From NCBI GenBank assembly GCA_951406725.2, contig OX597817.1, positions 73,222,001 to 73,286,000 of the forward strand: a stretch of DNA of 64,000 nt, in the 5' to 3' direction. Below are positions 55,111 through 64,000 of the stretch, piece after piece (position 1 is the first letter of the stretch; each line of letters begins with the position of its first letter). Below the pieces are notes generated by a model that worked only from the letters and a program-made list of their open reading frames with translations, did no database searches and was not told the origin of the DNA. Source of the stretch: Octopus vulgaris (taxonomy: Eukaryota). Position numbers and translations under genes: made by a program.

Positions 55111-55980
55111 ACTTTATACGCGTACGTGTCTAAGAATATAGATCGGAATCTATGGTGGCGATTGATCTAGTGGGTAGAATGTTGGGACAATAACATTATG
55201 GGTTCGATTTCTGGATAGCCCAGCATTTTGTGTCCTTGAGAAAGGTTCTTAATTTTTCGTTGCTCCAGTCTACTGTATATTAGTTCAGCCTTCTATCAGC
55301 ATTTAGTTCCTCAATGTTCCGCTAGGTCAAGGGTGAAAGTCCGAGAGGATGTTTATGTCTGCTCACGACTACACAGGCACCTAAAACAATTAGCGAAAAA
55401 GTGGTCCAAGTTACCAGATCATACTGACTTGGGAGTGACCTCGAAATACGGATTAGAAAAACAGCCGACAACTGATGAAGGGTCGTTCGTTATGTTGCTT
55501 GTCTTGTTTTCCATTTGTTTCTTTCATTGTTCGCAAAGAAAGTTCATATTTCATGTATCTGTATTTCGTATTTCATATTTTCGTATTTTATGTTGTTTAC
55601 GTTCTGTGACGCGCTGAAAAGTTGTCTGTGGATATCCACTCCTTTGCGGAGTTTTAAACCTGCGGAGCCAGCTTAGTCAGGAGAGTGGTTTTATGGACAC
55701 CATGCAGGATAAAAAACACAATACATGTCAATGAGCTTTGTTGAGGCAACGGTCATCCAATCGCTGCAAAACCATTGGGAGTGAAGGTATCCAAGCTCGA
55801 AACTTTATAAATAACCGCCACCCACCCAAACAATGCAGAAATCCGTCCTGATCAAGAGGCCTATCGGTCGGGGAAAATATGGTTCGAGATGAAATAAATA
55901 AGAATTGAAATAAAAGCATTCTGTGAATATATATACATAGATATACACATATATATGTATATGTATACACACACACACAC

Positions 55981-56202
<222 letters not shown>

Positions 56203-56758
56203 AGAGGATGTTATAATACTATTCCATAGCCATACCAACAATCCATCATCAGCTGCCCCACGGATATCATTATGGTTTCGACACTTGGGCAGTACCATTG
56301 AATCCGGCAGTGTCAACGGCACTAAAATAAGTGTTGTTTGGGAACAAAGAAACCAAAGAAGCCACAACTTTCAAACACATTTACCCTATGTACAACCGTA
56401 TCGATAAATAAATCCCCTAAGTAATTTACAATCACTCCAAAATACGTAACAAAACAGCAACAATTCTATTAAGTCATACAAAAGTTATAGTTCCTACCGT
56501 CTTCCGTAGTGTAATATAAAAGTAAAAGCTTAATAACCACATTACTTCAATCGATCAATATGTAGGCAGGATTAAACACTAACTTTAATAAAACTATAAC
56601 AATGAGACATATAATCCAATGTACATTTTATCGGTATTAATAGTAAACTACAATAACTAAATTATATGCTAAATTGCGATCAATCTTTAAGTCTATATAA
56701 ATAATAATCCCACCGGTCTTCCATAGATACTACTATAATGGAAGTTCAAGCCTTATAG

Positions 56759-56806
<48 letters not shown>

Positions 56807-57004
56807 TACACACAGATACACGCATACACGTATATTTGTAGTGCAATATATGGATTCATAGAATCCTGTGTCAGTCACAGATAGCTCCTTTATTGGACCC
56901 GGTTATCATACCACATAGTAATCCAATACGGAAGAGTAAAATGCAGAGCCCTATGTAGCTGAAATCCAGAAGATCCAATCGATGAAATTATTTCATGAGG
57001 AGCA

Positions 57005-57275
57005 TATAGACCATAAAAACTCAGGAGGTATGAGAGGTTCATTTAACCACTTGATATCCGTAGCATTACGGTTGTTTCGCAGCCTTCCTCGTATAACACA
57101 CTGTACAATACAATGTGCAGCATACATACTGGTATAGGTATGTGATATAATTTATTATACGCTGAAATTATCATTACATGACGAAGGCTGGGAAACGGCC
57201 GTAATCCTACGTATATCAAGTGGTTAAATAAATATATTCAGCTCTCATACCACCTGGATTTTTATGGCCTATATA
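57005..57275. repeat. Diverged inverted repeat with hammerhead remnants (Penelope-like pseudo-LTR pair)
   Basis: Arm 57005-57092 is complementary to 57178-57275; right arm reads AUGACGA-AGGCUGG-GAAAC-GGCC-GUA. Confidence 0.65.
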
Positions 57276-57836
57276 TAAATGTAATTATGTATGTATGTAT
57301 GTATGTATGTATGTATGTATGTATGTATGTATGTATGTATGTATGTATGTATGTATGTATGAATGCATGCATGCATGTATGTATGTATACATGTATGTCA
57401 TTATCCATGTAATGTGTTTGTGTACATATACGTGTGTGTGTATGTATATACTTCTGTCATGTGTGTATGCAATTATGTATATAAACGTATGTATGTATGT
57501 GTATATATATACATATATGTGCGTGTATGTACGTATATTGTGTGAGTGTGTGAGTGTGTGTGTGTGATCATGTAAGTATTTTTACGTATGTATGGAACTG
57601 TTCCATCTTCACACCTGGATTTTTCTTTCCTGCCTCTCCTTTACCTGTAGCTGTCATCACTGTCCACCTTCCGCTATAATATATGATGATATCTCATTCT
57701 AGTTATACACAGCAGCCAGGTGTGATTTATATCTGGTATTGCTGGTTGTGAGAGAACAAGAAAGAGTATAAATATATGCATACGTGCGCACATACATTTG
57801 CATATACACACAGTCATATACATTTCACATACACAC

Positions 57837-57944
<108 letters not shown>

Positions 57945-58624
57945 ATCTAGGCATATAATTATGCGTGTGTCTGTGTGTTTATACTTATATACAAACAAAC
58001 ACATATTTATATATAAGTATATATAACAATATATATATATAGGTATATATCTATATAATCTATATACATACACACAAGCATTTTATACACACGTATGTAT
58101 GTAGCTAGGTATGTAAGTAGGTGGTGAAGTACCGAATAACATGGACGAAAAAATTCCATGAGGAACTTTTTTGCGTACATCATTCACTACATCTCCACCT
58201 ACTTGAAATATTTAAATTCATACCATTGTCTCATTTGAGCTAAATCCTAAATTGTTAATGTTATTCAATAAAAAAAAAGATGCTTATATTTGTGATTTTG
58301 ACAGTCGTATTTGTCCACAGGCCATTTGGTGTAAACGGTAACAGTCGTCAAACAGGTGATAGATACGATGTTGTTGTTGTTGGAGGTGATGTGGCTGCTA
58401 TTTAGCCACAGGTCAAATCAGTTCGAGCAGACTATGAGCAATGATATTTTCAAGCTGTGACTATCTCGCCATTTCTCTATATTTAAAGGATCCAGGATGA
58501 GATTATTCAACGTGTCCTTTTCAAAGACAACAGAGCATGAATTCGTGGTTGACTCACGTGCTGGGATTTGGTTTTTGTGTTTTGGGCTACAATTGTAAAT
58601 GTTACGTACGTACGTACGTACGTA

Positions 58625-58865
58625 CGTATGTATTGTATGTATGTATGTATGTATGTATGTATGTATGTATGTATGTATGTATGTATGTATGTATGTATGT
58701 ATGTATGTATGTATGTATGTATGTATGTATGTATGTATGTATGTATGTATGTATGTATGTATGTATGTATGCATGCATGCATGCATGCATACATACATAC
58801 ATACATACATACATACATACATACATACATACATACATACATACATACATACATACATACATACG
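58625..58865. repeat. Inverted tetranucleotide array (TATG)n-(CATG)n-(CATA)n
   Basis: Direct reading; the two halves are reverse complements. Confidence 0.9.
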
Positions 58866-59057
58866 TACATATACGGAGTGCTGAAAAGTTCTTAGCTTTA
58901 AGAGTTCGTTTACAGGGCTTAGAAAACCTGAAGGACCGCTGCAATAAGTGTGTGAATCTGAGAGGAGAATATATTCAATAAAATTATAAGTAACTGATCT
59001 TCCTGTATTTTCTCTTACCCAAAGCTATATTTATATATATATATATATATATATATA

Positions 59058-59452
59058 GGCGCAGGAGTGGCTGTGTGGTAAGTAGCTTGCTAACCAACCT
59101 CATGGTTCCGGGTTCAGTCCCACTGCGTGGCATCTTGGGCAAGTGTCTTCTGCTATAGCCCCGGGCCGACCAATGCCTTGTGAGTGGATTTGGTAGACGG
59201 AAACTGAAAGAAGCCTGTTGTATATATGTATATATATATATGTATGTGTGTTTGTGTGTCTGTGTTTGTCCCCCTAGCATTGCTTGACAACCGATGCTGG
59301 TGTGTTTACGTCCCCGTCACTTAGCGGTTCGGCAAAAAGAGACCGATAGAATAAGTACTGGGCTTACAAAGAATAAGTCCCGGGGTCGATTTGCTCGACT
59401 AAAGGCGGTGCTCCAGCATGACCGCAGTCAAATGACTGAAACAAGTAAAAGA
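59058..59452 (+). mobile_element. SINE family A, full length
   Basis: GGCGCAGGAGTGGCTGTGTGG head to GAAACAAGTAAAAGAG tail. Confidence 0.9.
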
Positions 59453-59471
59453 GAAAAGAGAAAGAGAAAGA

Positions 59472-59515
<44 letters not shown>

Positions 59516-59610
59516 CGGGAAGGTTTACGAAAATAAACAAAAGACGAAGGCAGGTGGAGTACAAACAAACAATGTATTAGTATGGCGCTCAGGAATAGAA
59601 ATAAAACAAG

Positions 59611-59648
59611 TCTTTTACGTTTCGAGCCTACGCTCTTCGACAGAAAGA
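59611..59648 (-). ncRNA. Minimal hammerhead-like motif, A6U family
   Basis: UCUUU-CUGUCGA-A-GAGC-GUAG-GCUC-GAAAC-GUA-AAAGA. Confidence 0.65.
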
Positions 59649-60015
59649 TACACAGAAAAGAAACAAGGATAGAAAAAAATTGCGTGTAGGGGCTAACATT
59701 TATATATATACATAAATACAAACTGGGACAAGAACGCAAAACATTTAGAAGACGATACAAAAAACACGGACGAGACGTTCGAAGCCTTCAATATTCAGTC
59801 AAGAACCGGATCATCCTCGCAATTTCGGCTGATTAATCTTGAGATTGCTCCAGTCTGGTCAGCCCCAAGGAAAATCTAAGCTAAGCGCAGTAGATTTCTT
59901 GGAAAAAAGCTTCGAATGTATACAAAACAAGGACGGAAAAACGGACGATGTTTCACGAATATGTATACAAAAATAATACGTAAAAACAACAACAATAAAA
60001 AAAATATAAATAAAC

Positions 60016-60046
<31 letters not shown>

Positions 60047-60220
60047 TAACAGGACATCACAAACAGGTGTCTTTCGACTTAGACGAATTAAACTCAGCTG
60101 GCGTGTTAGGGGCAGACAAAAAAAAAATGTTGGTGCTACCTCGACTGCTGCCAGACCCAAAAGGCCAGTAGTCGGTCAGTCAGTCACGTGTGAAGAGAAG
60201 AGAGAGGAAAATGGGGACAG

Positions 60221-60360
60221 AGGAATTAAGGAGGGGGAGAAGAAAGAGAAAAAGAGGAACAAGGAATTAAGGAGGGGGAGAAGAAAGAGAAAAAGAGGAA
60301 CAAGGAATTAAGGAGGGGGAGAAGAAAGAGAAAAAGAGGAACAAGGAATTAAGGAGGAGG
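60221..60360. repeat. 41-bp purine-rich tandem repeat, about 3.4 copies
   Basis: AGGAATTAAGGAGGGGGAGAAGAAAGAGAAAAAGAGGAACA repeated. Confidence 0.9.
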
Positions 60361-60494
60361 GGAAGAGAAAGAGAGCGCGAGAAAAAGTGACAGGGACAAA
60401 GTGAAGTGCAAAGTAAGAAAGGATGTATATATATATAATATATATATTTGTAAAAAAGAAGTTTGAAAATGCCACTATATTAGATAAATTTTAA

Positions 60495-60537
60495 TTTTAC
60501 GTGTTTCGGTTCTTGAAATAACGAACCTTATCAAAAA
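60495..60537 (-). ncRNA. Hammerhead motif with compensatory U3-A8 core
   Basis: UUU-UUGAUAA-GGUUC-GUUAUUUCAA-GAACC-GAAAC-AC-GUA-AAA. Confidence 0.6.
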
Positions 60538-60645
60538 AAAATTTTTTATAATAAAGAGTATAATTGAACGGTTCATAATTGTTACATACATTCAATAGAG
60601 TCCATGCTATATACATAAAGAGTATAATGGAACAGTTCATAATTG

Positions 60646-60679
<34 letters not shown>

Positions 60680-61194
60680 GATGGGCTTTCAGTTTCCATC
60701 TACCAAATCCACTCACAAAGGTAGGCCCGAGGCTAAAGTAGAATTGAACACCGAACCATGTGGTTGGGAAGCAACCTTCTTATGTTATGATATGATATGC
60801 ATATATTCTGTAAGTAATATGTTATGTTGCTAGTTTCAAATACCTGCCTAAAACGATTTCATTTAACTTTCGTCATTAATGTTCTCAAGGCAAGTCATGA
60901 ACATCACATCTCCAATCATTCTTCTCCTAAAATACCAGGTGTATTTGATCATTCAAAAGAAATGAATTTTTACTGTTCAAACAAATTGAAATATAGTCTA
61001 TTTAATGCACACTCTGTAGTGGAGACTTCAAAGTACGCACTAGAAATAGTCCAGCTTTAATCTTATAACGTTTCAGAATACATCAGTCTCTCTCTCTCTC
61101 TTTCCTTGCCTGTCTGTCTGGTTCCATGTATGTATGTATGTATGTATGTATGTATGTATGTATGTATGTATGTATGTATGTATGTATGTATGTA

Positions 61195-61249
<55 letters not shown>

Positions 61250-61260
61250 ATGTATGTATG

Positions 61261-61328
<68 letters not shown>

Positions 61329-61792
61329 AGCTTAGAGAAGAAGAAGAAACGAAACGAAACCAAACGAATCGAATCGACGCGAAGGCGCTCAGTCATACAA
61401 TAGTGTAATAAATAAAATATATGCATACATACAAACATATATGTACGTACCTACATCTACATGTATATATACATGCATATATAAATATATATACGTGTGT
61501 ACAGGACACCACAAATAGACGTAGAACGCAACGAGAAACGAAAACGTAAAAACAGCATGGAACGGACCATTTTTTTAACAACGAAAAAACAGAGTACAAG
61601 ACAACTACACAAGGAAAAATCCCCTTCATCAGCTGTCCCTAGTTCAACTCCAGCGTGTTTCGAAGGTGAGGACAGAACACATCTCGTCGAACTGATCCTT
61701 CCTGCGAAGGAAAAATCCCCTTCATCAATACAAGTTTATGTATTTATATACGTATACGTTTCTGTTTGTCTATCTATCCCTCTGTCTGTCAG

Positions 61793-62271
<479 letters not shown>

Positions 62272-63140
62272 ATAGATACACACACACACACACACACACA
62301 CATGCACACAGATATATGAGTATATATGATTGATGTCCTCTCGTGTCCGCAGAAAGCTGTATATCAATAACGTAAACAACCTATGTGCTCATTGGTAACT
62401 ACTTGCCCATAACCGATTCAGGTCTGCACACGCCATCACCTCAATATTGCCGGAGAAATTAGAATCAAAAGGACGGACACACACAGACGCACGCACGCAC
62501 GTACGCACGCGCGCACACACACCACCTACATATATATATATATGTCTGTATGTGTGCGTGTGTCTTTGTGTTTACTCCCTCCTCACTCCACCTTTCGACA
62601 ACCGTTGTTGGTTTGTTAGCTTCCCCGTAAGCTAGCGATTTTTCAAAAGACATCGAGAGAATAAGCATCAGACTTAAGAAAAAGAAAACAAAACAAAACA
62701 AAAAAACATGAATAAGTCCCCGGGTCCATTCGTTCAAGGCGGTGCCCCAGCATAGCCGCAGACTGATTACTGAAACAGGTAAATGATAAAAAATATCGTA
62801 GAAGCAGCATTAACACTCATGCACACGCATGTTAACATACATATAAAAAGCGAATTCATGCAGGGTACAGGAAAAAGATTCTAGAAGATTGAATCACGCG
62901 ATGACTTGGTGCTGATTGGTTGCTTAATAGACCGATCACATGAAATTATTGTGGATCGGTCGCGATATATGACCAGTTACCTGGTGGTTCGATTGCGAAA
63001 TACTGTTATAGGCGTTCCTCGGCGATATTCAAATTCAGCGCCTATAGAATTGGAACAAATATCTCACGGCTTTCTATCTTGATCCTGTCGATTTCACTGC
63101 CTACAAATAAACAAATAAATAAATAGATAAATAGATAAAT

Positions 63141-63540
63141 AGACGCAGGAGTGGCTGTGTGGTAAGTAGCTTGTTTACCAACCACATGGTTCCGAGTTCA
63201 GTCCCACTACGTGGCACCTTGTGCAAGTGTCTTCTACTATAGCCTCGGGCCGACCAAAGCCTTGTGAGTGGATTTGGTAGACGGAAACTGAAAGAAGCCC
63301 GTCGTATATATATATATATGTATGTGCGTGTATGTTTGTGTGTCTGTGTTTGTACCCCTAGCATTGCTTGACAACCGATGCTGGTGTGTTTATGTCCCCG
63401 TCACTTAGCGGTTCGGCAAAAGAGACCGATAGAATAAGTACTGGGCTTACAAAGAATAAGTCCCGGGGTCGAGTTGCTCGATTAAAGGCGGTGCTCCAGC
63501 ATGGCCGCAGTCAAAATGACTGAAACAAGCAAAAAGAGAA
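63141..63540 (+). mobile_element. SINE family A, full length
   Basis: Family A head to tail. Confidence 0.9.
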
Positions 63541-64000
63541 AAAGAGAAAAAGAGTATGGTTCATCGGGAACTGAAAAACCTTTGTTCAAGATCTATTTGA
63601 TGAAGCCTGGTCTGGGGCAAAAAGACATTTCTGAGGTGTTCTAGATGCACATGAGTTTATACGAGTGCATATATAAGTTTATGCATGTATATGTGTGGTT
63701 GTTTATCTGTGTAAATACGCAGGTGTGTGAATATATATGTAGTGACTCCATTTAGGCATAGAGTAGATTCGAACCTGAATCGACAAATTTTCCCTAACAC
63801 TTCAACAACATTTTCTCACAGAAAAACAATAATTAATAAGAGTTACATTCAACACATGGCTTTGCCATGTCAATTTATGCCTCTTTCGCTTAAACTTTTA
63901 ACGTCTTCAATGCCATGAAAAGTTGAAATGGATAGGGAATGACCTTCATTAATTTATTCATTGTTTAAACGATATATCTCTTTTTCTGGCTGGTCTGTGT

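Noticed and set aside
60221-60360. CRISPR-like periodicity
   Set aside because: Head-to-tail tandem repeat without unique spacers in a eukaryotic context; no cas genes

Overview
AT-rich, repeat-dominated eukaryotic DNA. The SINE/LINE repertoire and very long (TA)n, (CA)n and (TATG)n tracts suggest an octopus or other coleoid cephalopod genome; this is inferred, not proven. Almost all track ORFs are microsatellite or SINE artefacts. Real protein homology is limited to decayed transposons: RTE, CR1-like, R4/Dong-like, CRE-like and Penelope-like retroelements, plus Tc1/mariner transposases. Non-coding hAT/mariner MITEs and Helitron-like ends are also present. The only good host-gene candidate is a short minus-strand exon at 18889-18976 encoding a signal-peptide-like N-terminus. 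The most striking signal is about 10 dispersed type I hammerhead-ribozyme (HHR) folds from several distinct small-repeat families, probably Penelope-like pseudo-LTRs or retrozymes. Their cores include canonical C3-G8, compensatory G3-C8 and U3-A8 versions, and a three-copy A6U variant. One near-perfect 353-bp palindrome carries an intact HHR on each strand, and one tRNA-headed SINE carries an HHR remnant. All coordinates were read by eye, so repeat boundaries are approximate.
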